A stretch of 64,000 nt of DNA, taken from contig JAPEUI010000004.1 in assembly GCA_026025075.1 (NCBI GenBank), positions 186,001-250,000 of the forward strand, given 5' to 3'. Positions 36,682 through 48,562 of the stretch are shown here, one piece after another. The notes beneath the pieces were generated by a model, which was given only the letters and a program-made list of their open reading frames with translations, had not been told where the DNA came from and did not search any database. The DNA comes from Vezdaea acicularis. Its lineage: Eukaryota. The stretch's first letter is position 1; each line of letters opens with the position of its first letter. Position numbers and translations under genes: made by a program.

Positions 36682-38387
36682 CTAGGCGAATGTCATCCAC
36701 CCCATGTGCTCCTCAACGGGGTGCTGTTCGATTCCTCCAGCGCCTTCCGCCGACTCCTCGTCCTCCCAGTCTTCCTCGTTCTCCGCTTCTCCTTCGTCCT
36801 TCTCGCCCTCCTTGTTCTCCGCAACCGCCTCGACATTGTCCTCGGAACCCATCTCTCCATCGGAAAGAGGGCGCTCCTCGGCGGACGCCCACGCAGGCGA
36901 GCCCCCGTCGCCCCCCTCGAGGGCAGCAGCAGAAGTTTCCGTGGGCACAGGGGAAGAAGGAGCGGCGCGACGTCTTTTAGCTACTCTGTCCGCAGCTTGT
37001 CGCCCAAAGACAACCGCGGAGAGATCGGAGAGCGCAGGAGAAGGGGAACGACGGCGTTTAGATACCTGAGTGCTGTCCTTGTCGGCGGCAGCGAGCCTCG
37101 TGCGGCCCTCAGGCGCTGCTTCGTGATCGGTCTCGGCGTCATCGTCAGTCTCGCGGAAGACAAACTCCTCGGAGATAGCGGCTTTTCCCTTGCCCTTGGC
37201 CTTCTTCTTACCTTTGGCCTTGCCCTTGGCAAGGGCGGCGAGTTTTCTGCGGGCCCCTGGCGGAATAGGGATGGCACCCTCCAAGGAAGAGGTGTCGTCG
37301 GAGACAAACTCCTTGCTCTTGGCCTTAGCCTGAGACTTCCCTGCGGTGTTGACAGCGGACCCCTTGCGGCCCTTGCGCCCTACCTCCACTGTGATCTCCT
37401 CCTCTCCGCCCTCCGGAAAGTCCTCTACGCCCTCCAAACTGGACTCGGAGTCAGTACTGAGGCCCCCAGAAGAAAGTTCCAGTGCGGCGTCCCGGGAAGA
37501 GCCAAGGAAGGCGGAAAACCCTTTCCTTGCAGGGGGAGCGCCGGAGCGGGAGGAGCGCTGATGTTCAGCCGGGAGCTGGTCAGGGGAAGCGGCAGCGGAT
37601 GGAGTCACAAGGAGACCGCCGGTAGAGGAACCGCTGAGAGGCGGTGGGACGACTACGGTGAAATCGTCAGGGTCGACTACTTGCCCGAGGGCCAGAGAGG
37701 GGAGTTTCGACTAGCAAGAGGTTAGCAAGGGTACCGCAGAAGACGAGAGAGAGGAATAAGACAGGCGCAAGGGATAGAGCGTACGTTATAGCGCTCTATA
37801 TCCACCAACGCTTCAAGCGCGCTGGCGATGCGCTCTACCGCCTTCTGCTTCGCGCGAGCGGCGTCCTCCACGTTGTTGCCGGTTATGTTGACTCTGCGCC
37901 ATGCCATCACCTCGATAGCATAGCGGCGGATGAGCTTCGTAAAAGCCTTTTGAGCCGGCTTATAGCCAGGGCACTTCTTGGCTACAGGGAAAGCTAGTAC
38001 AACGGTGCAAGCGGGACGCAAGGGGGGAGCAGGGACGTACCAGGACCAGGGAAAGAATTTCGAAGCGCCACGAGTTGGTCAGAATACTTGAGAAGCTGAT
38101 TCGTGACAAGATGGAAGGCCTCGGGGATCTGTGAGGCGTTAGCAAGCCACGCAAGGGCGACGCCGGATACCCACATCATGACAATGATGCTTATTGTGTT
38201 GGCATCGCACACACTTGTGGAACGCCGCGGTACGCTCACAGCGCAACCCGGGCTCGAGGGGCAGATTCTGTACACAGCGAAGGCAGGTACGTCGAGACAG
38301 CGGCGGCGTACCGGCGACGCGCGGAGGGGGGACACCAGCGACAAAGGGCCTCTGCGGCGAGGGACCAGGCTGGATAGACGACATCAT
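36682..38387 (-). CDS. Antisense, spliced accessory gene of the retrotransposon (508 aa; Cys6 zinc-cluster-like N-terminus)
   Basis: Exons 38387-38175, 38128-38041, 37981-37785 and 37710-36682 join into one frame of 1527 nt. Introns are GTGGGT..GCTAAC..CAG, GTACGT..TAG and GTACGC..GCTAAC..TAG. Confidence 0.8.
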
Positions 38388-38853
38388 AGGGAAATATTGA
38401 AGAAAGGCCGGAGCGTCCAGAGAAGAGGCGGAAAGAGAAGGATTCGCCGGAGCGCTATAGTCGTGGAGACTGCGTGGCGAGTGAAAGTTCGCAAGGCGAA
38501 GTTGACAATGTGGCACATGGGGCCTAACCCTAGGACACGTGCCACCACGCAAGCTCCCCGACACGCCTCACAGGTCTATTGGATGATACTAAGGAAAAAG
38601 ACGCGCCATAGCGTTACTATGGCCTTGCAGGCGGCAAACCTGCGCTACCCCTACAAAGCATCAGAGATACGGCAAGGGTTACTGCCCACACTGGGCCGAA
38701 GGCGTCAAGGCGACCAAGGGGCATCAGCGAAATCATTTCACTAAGGGGCTCAGGGGGCACGCTTGCGTAGCTCCTGAGCTACGCCTGCGTGCCTACTGCC
38801 ATACTAAGAATGAAAAAGGAGTTAGGGACATAGGCTGCGGGGACCGCAGCCTT

Positions 38854-38864
38854 GGAGGAGGGGG
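38854..38864 (+). promoter_or_regulatory. Polypurine tract
   Basis: GGAGGAGGGGG just upstream of the 3' LTR, preceded by a 9-bp hairpin AGGCTGCGG-GGA-CCGCAGCCT (38832-38852). Confidence 0.85.
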
Positions 38865-38868
38865 TAAT

Positions 38869-39133
38869 TGTCATGATCCCGCCTTCCCGTGACCCAAAGC
38901 TACGACTAGCCTGCGCTACCCCTGCGTCACGTGACCACCGTCATATGGCAAAGCGGGGAAGCGCTGTAGAATAGCTCCTCAGTATTCAATCGTATAGATA
39001 CTTACTATTGACTACTAAACTATTCTATCCTCGATTGCGTACCGCCTGCGTGTCTACTGCGTGCCCACTGCGTTCCGCATCACTTATCCTGATTGATCCT
39101 AGCCGCTCCCTGCTCGTACGCTACATCCTTACA
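38869..39133 (+). repeat. 3' LTR (265 bp)
   Basis: Direct repeat of 31081-31345, followed by TSD TCTGC. Confidence 0.96.
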
Positions 39134-39777
39134 TCTGCCTAAGAAACTCGTCAAATTTTGGTGAGATCAAATGATCAGAAAATTCGGTGCAACTTCTAAA
39201 AATCATTACACAACCCATAGAACAGCTAAGATCCTTGAGCTTATATATATTTATATTCAATCAATTTCAGATTTTTTGAGGGGTTTTCAGCATCATCATA
39301 GCATACAAATTCCCAACACAAAGCCTATTTGACATCATCGAGAAATGGCGATTTTAGGCGTGTTTTCGCTAAAGGATTCAGACTTTTGACCTGGTACTGT
39401 AGCGCGTCACTTGTGGCTTGCGGCTCTGGAGAGGCCATAGCAATCTAGTTAGCGCATCCGCAGATTCTGGATGCGGTAGTGCAGGAGCTGCCCATTCAGC
39501 AAGAACCTCCCCAACTTTGTCTATGCACCTAGCCGTCGAGACCTTCAGCGAATGGCTCCATCGCATGCTAGAAGTACCGTACCTGAGGAGAACCTCAGCT
39601 GATGAGGGTTTTCGAAGTTTTTGAAACCTTGGTGTGCTTGAATAACCTAAGCCTTTGCCCAATTGCTGCACACCATCGAGTTCCATTCCAGCGTAGACGC
39701 TAGGATATATACCCCTTTCCCTTGAAAAAGACAATGTCTGGAAATTGACCAGTGGGATAGCACCACGGAGTAAGGCA

Positions 39778-42549
39778 ATGCCTTCTGCCGTTCTAGGTAG
39801 AGATGAGCCTGTGAAAGCTGTCGAGAAAATAGTCCGGTCCTCCCCCGAAGACGGGTATGTAGACCAGGTGGCATTTGCTATCAAAGAGGCAGAGCAGTCC
39901 AACCGAACCCTCCAGCTCGTCCAGAGCCTTTCCCAACTGGCGGATGAGCGTGAAGCGGATATCCAGCGAATGTGTAATTCGCATCATCAAGAGTTCGTCA
40001 CGTCTGTCGATCATCTCCTACGCACCCGGGAGGGAATGGTCGCCTTAACCTCGGAAATTCTTAATCTCAACCAGAAAATTCAAATAAGCACAGAGAAGCT
40101 GGCAGAGCAGAAAAAGGCCTTGGTTGATGCTAGAGGGGTTCGACACAATATTGATGAAGCTACGCAAAGTCTCAAAGACTGCTTAGAGGTCCTACGGTTG
40201 GCAAACCATGTCCATGAACTTCGTGACAAGAAGAACTACTACGCTGCATTAACAGCATTGGCTGAGTTGCAGAACGTCCACCTAAAAGAAATCACAAATT
40301 ACAAGATTGCGGAACTGATCCAAAAATCTGTGCCCGCCACACAGAGGGATGTAGCGAAAGATGTAGTAAGGGAACTGAATGAATGGCTACACAAGATTCG
40401 TGAAACCTCTCAATTTATCGGCGAGCTTGCATTCTACCACACATCACTTAGGAAAGCCAGGCACGAGGAGAGGATGGAGAAGCTCGCCTCTAGTGCACAA
40501 TTCAAACTCAATTCTGCGATTGAGCTAGTTTCAGACGAGACAGAAGACTTCGATGTCTTGGACAATGATGAGGTGCAGGTTGATTTCACTCCTCTTTTCG
40601 ACTGTGTACATATCCATGAGGAACTTAGCCAGATCGATAAATTTCGGCTGGAGTACGCGATGACGCGGAACGAGCAAAAGAAGTTATTGCTTCGTATTCC
40701 TGTTGATTTGACGGAAGTCAATCAAACATCTCTCAGTGGACTTCTTGAAAGCATCGCAGGATTCGCTATCATAGAGCGAGCAACGCAAAAGAGAGCGAAT
40801 GGGCTTCGATCACCGAGTGATGTAAGTCACCTTGAATCCCGTAGCCTTCTCATTGATTGAATTGGGCGAAGGTCGAAGACTTATGGGATTCGATGTGTCG
40901 AAGCGCTGTGAATGTGATGTCTGAAGCCCTCAACAGGGTCGACAGCGCAGAATCCCTCCTAAAGATCAAAGGTCTTATAGCTCTTTTTATTCAGACGATG
41001 GATGTGAGAACTTCTGTAAGCCCTGAACCTATCCGTAGCGATGCTAAGGTGGCTGAAGGGATGGGACTACTCGGTTGAGGCTCTTGATTCGTTCCTTTTG
41101 AACCTGTTTGAGAAATATGCCGAGCTTTTGAAGAAAAAATGCAGTGACGAGTTTCAGGCAGTATGTAGAACGGCCCCGGTATGCTCCATTCTTGCTTGTC
41201 TGCTAATGATCTTTAAGATTGTCCTGGCAGATGATTATATGCCGATGCCTATTAATGACTTGGAGGAGTATGATAAGTTGGTGCACGTTAGTTGGTATGA
41301 TCCAGGAAAAGGGAGAGAAGAATTGGAGTAGGTCGTACTTGCCAGCCCAGTGAAATCTTACTTACTCTCTCAGTTTTCCATGCGTGCTCCCTTTCTCACA
41401 GATGTATCCACTATGCTGCATCGAAATAAGGAACTTTCTTAATCAGTTCTACTTTTTCTCTGATGATCACTTCGAGCATTCGAGCATAATTGATGAAACC
41501 CTGAGAAAAGTGAGTCAACCTCTGTTCCATCCCATTGTTCTTACCATATGCTCATATGATTCTTTTCAAGTCCCTTGATGAACTGTTGTTAGAAAAGATC
41601 TGCGAGCCGCTCGTAGAACGGCTACAGACGCAGTATCTCGGTCAGATAGTGCAAATTCTCATCAATTTAGAACATTTCGAAACGGCTTGCGAGGAACTTG
41701 AGCAGCTTCTTATTGCGGCTAGATCCTCAACGTCCTCTCATGGCCCCATTACTTTTAATGCGACTGAAGCCTTTAGAAGCCATAAAAAGACGGCTGAAAA
41801 GCGGATCTTCGAAGTGGTCAACTCTAAAATTGACGCGCTTATTGAGACAGCTGATTACAACTGGTAGGTCGATCCTATTTATTATTATTTCAATTGCATC
41901 TTCGGTTTGATTGAATCGTAGATTTAATGCTTCACAGGATGGCGTATAGATCTCATACAGAACCGAGTAATTACATGCAGGAACTGACAAGATACCTGTC
42001 TGATATAATGAGCTCAACTCTTCTTGGGCTCCCTACTGATATCAGTCGGCTGATATACTTTGATGCTCTTAGTCATGCTGCAAGCAGGATAGAGGTAAAT
42101 CCCTAATCACTTCCAAGCAGCACGTGAACCTCAATTGATGAAGAATTACAAGGCTTTACCTCTGTCAGATGATGTTAAACGCATCAACGTAAATGGTGCC
42201 AATGCGCTTGCCGTGGATGTCTCATACCTCACCGATTTTATTCTCAGTCTGAACGATAAGATCCTCCTTGAGACCTTCGAGGGCCTTCAACAAACGGTCA
42301 ATCTACTTAAAGCTGGAAAAGATGCTCAGGCTGAGTTCCAGGACCCGGTCATTGGGAATAAGAAATATAATAGGATAACCCTTGATCAAGCCTCAAAACT
42401 CTGGGGGAAGTAGGTTTCCTCTGCCCGCTTCTTAGCCGAGCTCAAAAATAGTGACTAACCCGAGGACTTACAGGATCGTCGATCCACTCCAAAGCCACAC
42501 CACCATGGACAAGCTTACGAATCTATCCTCTAGATTTGGAATGAAGTAG
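39778..42549 (+). CDS. SEC15: Exocyst subunit Sec15
   Basis: READIQRMCNSHHQEFV, VDFTPLFDCVHIH, IAGFAIIER, DDYMPMPI, LPFSQMYPLCC, YLGQIVQILINLEHFE, VNSKID. Confidence 0.92.
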
Positions 42550-43107
42550 AAAATGACACGAGGTAGCACTGGATATTTGCAACGTTTTGGGGGTCGGTAG
42601 CCAAGAGGGATATATCTGGACCCCGCCTATGACATAGTCCTGAGTAATTCTTAACTTCCGCCAGTTGTGAGCCTGAGCTGGTTGTTTACGAGACGGAGAA
42701 GCCTAGTCCCGTTTAGCATTGCATGAGGACTCTCATGTTTGCTGAATAAGTCCTGCAAGCTTAGAGACCTCGTTGACCTAAGGGCAACAATAGCGCAGAT
42801 TGAGAATGGTATGTTTGCACAGAAAGATATGTATCACGACTTTCCAACTCTCTGGACTTACAATGCCTTCGTAACAAAACGGTCAAAGTGGGCGATTGCC
42901 CTTCGAGGATTAATTGATGGTAAACCCGTTGCCAGTCCTGCCCGCTAGCTTTGTCAGGGCATTTCACGTGAGCTTCGTTATTATGCGCGCGGCCATGATA
43001 TTTCTCAAGTTTCTTCTCTTGTGAAACTCCCATAGATTATGCTTAATACAAGGCGCGCTCCAGCAATCGACCTTTATCTGCTGCGTGAACTCTCGAATGA
43101 GAAACGT

Positions 43108-44470
43108 TCAGCCCACCTCGTAATCCCGCTCTCCCTCGGCATCAGCATCGCCTTCACCCCCGTCGTGCCTTACATAGCCATGCCCAGGGTCCTGACCTGG
43201 GGAAGGCTCTTGGCCGCGTTGGCCAACATGATACAGCTGCTCTTGGTCAGCCGTCAAGTCGTAGACTGGTATCGTAGAAGGCGTCTTGGTCAACTGAAGT
43301 GCCTAGAGGCAGAATGGCTAATTTGATCGACCTACCTGCTGTGGTGGCAACCCAGGATAATACATGCCATCCATCGTACCATAGATCTGCTGAGGTGGTT
43401 GATCGTATGCACCCGGGGGACCAGATTGAACCTGGCCCGTGTACATATTGGGTTGAGGTCGATAATCTTGCTCTTGGTTAATGGGATGGTTACCAAGGGC
43501 AGGATAATCGGGTGGCGCCATTGGGTGCTGATGGGATGGCTGGGGAACATTGGGTTGTTGAGACGGTATTTGGTTACCACTGGCAGTGGAGGCAGTTGGT
43601 ACTTGCGGCGCGCCTCCGCCTGCGCCACCCTGTCCTGGAGCCCGCTTCGCATGAGCGACAGCCTCTTCTCTTGGGACGATGTCAATTAGGAAATCGAACA
43701 TGTCTGACTTTGCAAGCGCGGACGCAATATCCGAGCGTTGAAGTGTCCGACGCTTGTTTTCTTCAGCATGTATCCACGCACGCATCGTCAGCTCGGTAAT
43801 AAAAATGTCGCATCCTTTTGCGAACAGGATTGGTGCTTCAGCTGAAATCATCTTGACGTCCGGGTCAGCTTTCATGACCTTTTTAATTCGGGCGAGGGGC
43901 AGCTGGTGAATTTTGTAATCATGATTTTCCGTTTCTAGTTGTCGTATCGTCTGTTGCCAGTAGGTGGTGAGGATGTCACGATATGTGCCCTGTAAACCTT
44001 GGTTCACCTACATATTTTATGCATTGATTATTACCTAATAAGTGTTCTCAGGTGTCTGGAAGACCTACATTGGCCCAAGCCCCAGTATATAGCTCCTGCA
44101 CTGGTGCGTAGCCTCGAGCTGCGATCTATACATCATCTTAGCGTTCGTCGAACGGAACGGCCTGGCTTTCTGCAGATTGGCCTGGCTCGTTTGGGCGCAA
44201 CTTACCGCGGCACTTGCTCCTATACGTGAATTCGTGTCAGCATTAGAATTCAACTCGAGGTGCACGGAAAAGGAAGGTAACGACGCCTTCGCATGTGTTA
44301 TAGTGAGATAGAAGACGCATCTGCCGTCTAGGTGATGGGAGGTGGGACTGAGAAGTTAGAGACGTACCGTAATGCCCGCCTTGAGTAGTGTCGTAAACTG
44401 GCGGCTGTTCTTGTTGTTGTTGCTGCTGCTGGCCGTGTGTAGAGCCAGCCGGCAGGTTCTGCGTATCCAT
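43108..44470 (-). CDS. HAP5: CCAAT-binding complex subunit HapE/Hap5 (NF-YC)
   Basis: [45 protein letters not shown]...[10 protein letters not shown] histone fold; short 5' exons including a 14-nt microexon. Confidence 0.92.
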
Positions 44471-45535
44471 GGTTCGGTTCCAGCACAGAGTCTCTTCGAT
44501 ATAGTGGTCTATAACCACACTGGTGAAACCAAGAGCAATGCGCTTGAATGCACGAGACCGAGACGTGGAAAAGCGAGATTGTTGTCAGACTAGGATGGTT
44601 CGATGGATGACGATTTGATCGATGACTCTCAAGTAGTCTTTTGAATGAACAAAAATGGTCGCTGTAAGGTCAACCCTTCAGATGAGCGCAATCGCCTATT
44701 CACAATCCGCAATTCGCAATCCGCAGTGACCAACGTATTCCTTGTATGCTTGGACTTCTCTCCAGCTTCCTCGTGTTTCGAAAACGTCCTCGAATTAGGC
44801 GTAGGAAGCCGGCAGTGGTAGCGGCGGTAATTGAGGAGAGCTGCGTGAGCCGGGCTGTTCTGCCGTGGGCAGCCTTACGACAAGAGGTGGTTGGTTGCGT
44901 TGTCTCAGTAGCGGGTGCAGGCACTGGAGAATTGTCGAATCGGCTTGCCGAGAGTCAGCGGTCAGGTCTTTATTAGTAGGAGAGCTGCAGAGCATTCGTA
45001 AGTCGATTCATAACAAAAGCTGAATAGAATTCTTCGTTGATTCAAGGTAGCTGTGAACACTTTTGCGTAAGTTCAAGGGGCTTCTTGTACTATATTACCA
45101 AACGCTCCTGTTCGCTGGCTGACCGGCGTCAGTACAGGCGGTGAGGGCAGCCTCAAAAAGTTGGAGGATGTGCTGTCCATGGAAACCTTGACTAGCTTCG
45201 TTTTCTGGTGCTTTTAGTGAAGTGGGATGACGATGCGTGGGAGCTTGACGGTTGTGCATGCAAATATTGAACGCATGGTAAGCCTGATTTGGAAGACCAG
45301 TCGCACTGCTATCACTATGTCGGATTCCTTTCCACAAGGCTGCTTTACCGCCTAGGTATAGGTACATGTAAGCCGCAACAATTCTCATATGAGCGCGGAA
45401 TAGTTTTCGCCAACAACCGGTTCATTTCCGCCCCTTCCCACCACACAGCGTCGAAAGTAAAATCAATCGCGCCTGTATCAGTAAATCGAGATATCCGACG
45501 TCCTTCCTTTCTTTTTCAGTAATCTGCTTTGTTTC

Positions 45536-46521
45536 ATGGATGACTTTCTTGAACGCGGTCGAAATCCCGAAGAAGGTGGCCTTGGTGATAGGGACATCCA
45601 AGATCTGCTTGAGAAAGTTGAGCATAGACTACGAAATCACGCCCAAAAGCCGTTACCTGCAAGCTACATCCAACGCCATTCAGAGAGGGACAGGTGAGAG
45701 CAGCGGCTTCGCTCTAACTCATGTCACTTGCTGACTCCCCTTAAAGCCGCCCAGAACTTCAACCAGATCTTAAGAAACGTCCATACATAGAAGCTAAGAC
45801 CGATGCGGCCTATGTGGATTCGATGGTACTCCAGCAGTCATCGACAGACCACCTTTCCAAAAGAGCAAGAAACATCAAAGATATCGCGATACGGAAACAG
45901 AAAGCTAAGATGGTACGTCCATACTTGAACGCTTGCACAGCCTTGACCCCTTGTCCGTGAGGAAAAAATAGCCCAAAACTCTTTACGTGGAAGAATGGTC
46001 CCGTCTTGGTACCAATCCACAACCTATGAAAGCTCAAAGTACACATAGTTACTCTGAGACACAAATCTACGATCCAATATTTTGCTCGGTTCTTGTGTGT
46101 GAACGAATTTTGTTAATAGATGTTACGATAGTGCAAGACCGCGAATGCGGGTTCAGACTGGTTCAACCTTCCCAAAACGGAGATGACAGTGGAGCTGAAG
46201 CGCGATCTTCAGTTGCTTCGCATGCGATCCGTGGTAGACCCGAAACGGCATTACAAAAAGGACAATGGATTAAATAAGTCAATCATGCCAGACTATTCTC
46301 ACGTCGGAAGAGTAATAGAGGGGCCCACGGAGTTTTTTAGCGCAAGATTGCACAACAAGGACAGGAAGAATACCTTTGTTGAAGAGATCCTTATGAAGGG
46401 CGACTCTAAAAATGGGTTTAAAAGAAAATACGAGGCGATTCAAGTAGCCAAGACCAGTGGGAAGAAGGCGTTTTACAAAGCTGTCAGAAATAAAAGGGCG
46501 AAGGCCAGCAGTACTACTTGA
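45536..46521 (+). CDS. FCF2: rRNA-processing protein Fcf2
   Basis: AGSDWFNLPKTEMTVELKRDLQLLRMRSVVDPKRHYKK, VGRVIEGPTEFFSARL, SGKKAFYK. Start inferred. Confidence 0.85.
45952..46061 (+). ncRNA. snR63: Intronic box C/D snoRNA, probable snR63/U46 (SNORD46) counterpart
   Basis: C-box-like GTGAGGA (45957-63), D box CTGA (46054-57), TGTC/GACA terminal stem, guide CATAGTTACT complementary to LSU rRNA helix 69 AGUAACUAUG. Confidence 0.72.
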
Positions 46522-46967
46522 TTGAAGGATTATACGTACATCAAAAAGCCACTCACTCTTGATAGCAAGCCACTTTTGCTATTCTGGACAACCTCCAAAG
46601 CAACCGATCAATGCTTTGAGCCTAAAGTCAGCATCGGGCCAATCCCACCGTCTCAATTCTGCGGTTTCTGAGACGTCCACAATTCTCATCTGAGCTTGAG
46701 CAGACTTTCTTTGCCGCCACTACAACCTTTCAGGATACATGCATTGCAGGCTTGTCTTCAAAAGCCACATTCTCGGCAGTCGAAACTATCTACAGTTTTC
46801 CCATCTTATAGAAGGTGGATGAGGATGAGCACTCTTGGTATTGAGGCTTAGCAAGAGGTTTCAAAGTTGGATCTATTGAGCTCTAAAGGCTTGGAGTGAG
46901 TGACATGATCTCTTAGAGCTGCCCCCTGCGCCTATAGACTCGAGTCAGATTCATCAGATATTTTCAT

Positions 46968-48306
46968 CTAAGGCGGAAGCGTATCAACAATCTGTCTCAC
47001 GAGTCCCTATAGAGGCATCGTCGTATCGTCAGTGTTGCGCTAATATATTGAACATGAGATGGCTGACCTGCATGTAACTCGTCGCAGTTTGCCCCACTTT
47101 CAGGACTTCTTCGTGTGTTGCCTTCCCCCTGGACAACATTTTGCTCATGCCTTCTCCACCTACTCCAGCTAAGGTTTCATCATCCCCTCTCATGACAGGC
47201 TCGAGCACAGCATTATTTGTCACCAAACTCATGGCTAAAACTCGAATTCCGCAATGCTTGGCAACAATGACCTCAGGCACTGTGCTCATACCGACAAGGT
47301 CGGCTCCAAGCAGTCTAAGCATGCGACACTCAGCCCGCGTTTCGTACCTGTATCATTAGCTTTTATGGAAAAAGGAATTTGATTTATTCACGTTGGACCT
47401 CCGACAAATGCATATGTTCCTTCTTGAAGCTGTCGTCCGCTTTGATCAAGGCCAAGATCTCGCCAACAACCGTGGGCCAGCCTTCGGAGCTCGAGATCGT
47501 ACAAGTCGGAAAGTGCAGGAAAGCGTTCACCGAATTCGTTAGCGTTAGGACCTCTCAGCGGATTTGCTCCAACCATTCCAGCAAGGTTCAGATGCTATTC
47601 GCCTTAGCTCCTCCTAATCATATAAGACGGATATAGACATATGGTTCATTTAAACGTACATCATTTATGATGACGATGTCGCCCACTAGGTATTCAGAAC
47701 TAATTCCTCCAGCCGCATTTGTTACTTTAAAGGCGCTTGAATTAATTTGCCATGCTTGCTCAATTTCGGCCACAATTGTATTTTGCAAAGTTAGATACTT
47801 ACCGAGCAGCGTATGGACATCTAAGAGTTTGAATACTCTTATAGGAAACGTGACTAATCCTATGGAATATCCTTCATAGAAGCTACAAGAACAAATTGAA
47901 ATTAATCTCGGAGTTTGGAGCTAGTCACGGTGATGATGCTTACTGTGCTCTACCAACCATTAATACACTAGGTTTCTTGCCCTTTCCGAGAAGGCCGAAA
48001 ACTAGTTTCCCGGCATGCCCTTTTGCTAAGAAAGTATTCAGGGTTATTTGCATGCCTCTGGTTCTGGAAAGTAGATAACGAATCTATGGCCCCTTCCTTA
48101 CCTGTAGAATCCGGGAAATGTGGGACATCGCAGTAGTCGATCTCAAATCTTGGTTCAGCTGCCACGGTCTTCGAGATTTCCCCAAGTCCAGAGCCACAGA
48201 TGATCGCAACTTCGGGGCGCCGCAATTCCTCGGGAAGTCGAGATCGCAAGTATTTGGCTGTAGTAGAGGCCTCCTGAAAGATGCTTGACGACGAGAGGGC
48301 ATCCAT
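46968..48306 (-). CDS. PNP1: Purine nucleoside phosphorylase
   Basis: [17 protein letters not shown]/..[66 protein letters not shown]. Confidence 0.92.
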
Positions 48307-48562
48307 GTTATCTTGCGACCGTAATTATAGATCAAACCTTCTCGTAGCTATCATCACCTGGGATAGTTATTCACCTATCTCTATCCCCTTCAACTGTCTA
48401 GGGTGCCTGTGCTCTGATCTAGCAAATAGGTAGGCAGTATAACCATCCGAAGAGCACGTACTAGACTGAAACGGTTTAGCTACCGAGCGTGAGCTGCGCT
48501 TGCGGGATATTGGTATCAAACGCAAGCCTTTGACACCCATCATCTACCCAGGGCAATATACA

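Larger units (their letters stand above)
31081..39133 (+). mobile_element. Full-length Ty3/Gypsy chromovirus LTR retrotransposon (8053 bp)
   Basis: TG...CA LTRs, TSD TCTGC (31076-80 and 39134-38), gag and pol in PR-RT-RH-IN-chromo order, PPT before the 3' LTR. Confidence 0.97.
30848..39399. mobile_element. Non-autonomous Tc1/mariner-type TIR element (about 494 bp once the nested retrotransposon is removed)
   Basis: 57-bp terminal inverted repeats (30848-30904 and 39343-39399; CAGTACCAGGTCAAAAGTCTGAATCC..., 1 mismatch), TA on both sides (30846-47, 39400-01), no transposase ORF. Confidence 0.9.

Noticed and set aside
36706..37725. 339-aa plus-strand ORF after pol that could be taken for env
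   Set aside because: It is the Leu/Arg/Gly-rich shadow of the minus-strand exon 4; the minus strand has the splice signals and a coherent protein.
38103..38744. 213-aa plus-strand ORF before the 3' LTR
   Set aside because: No ATG start or motif; it overlaps antisense exon 1 and its promoter.
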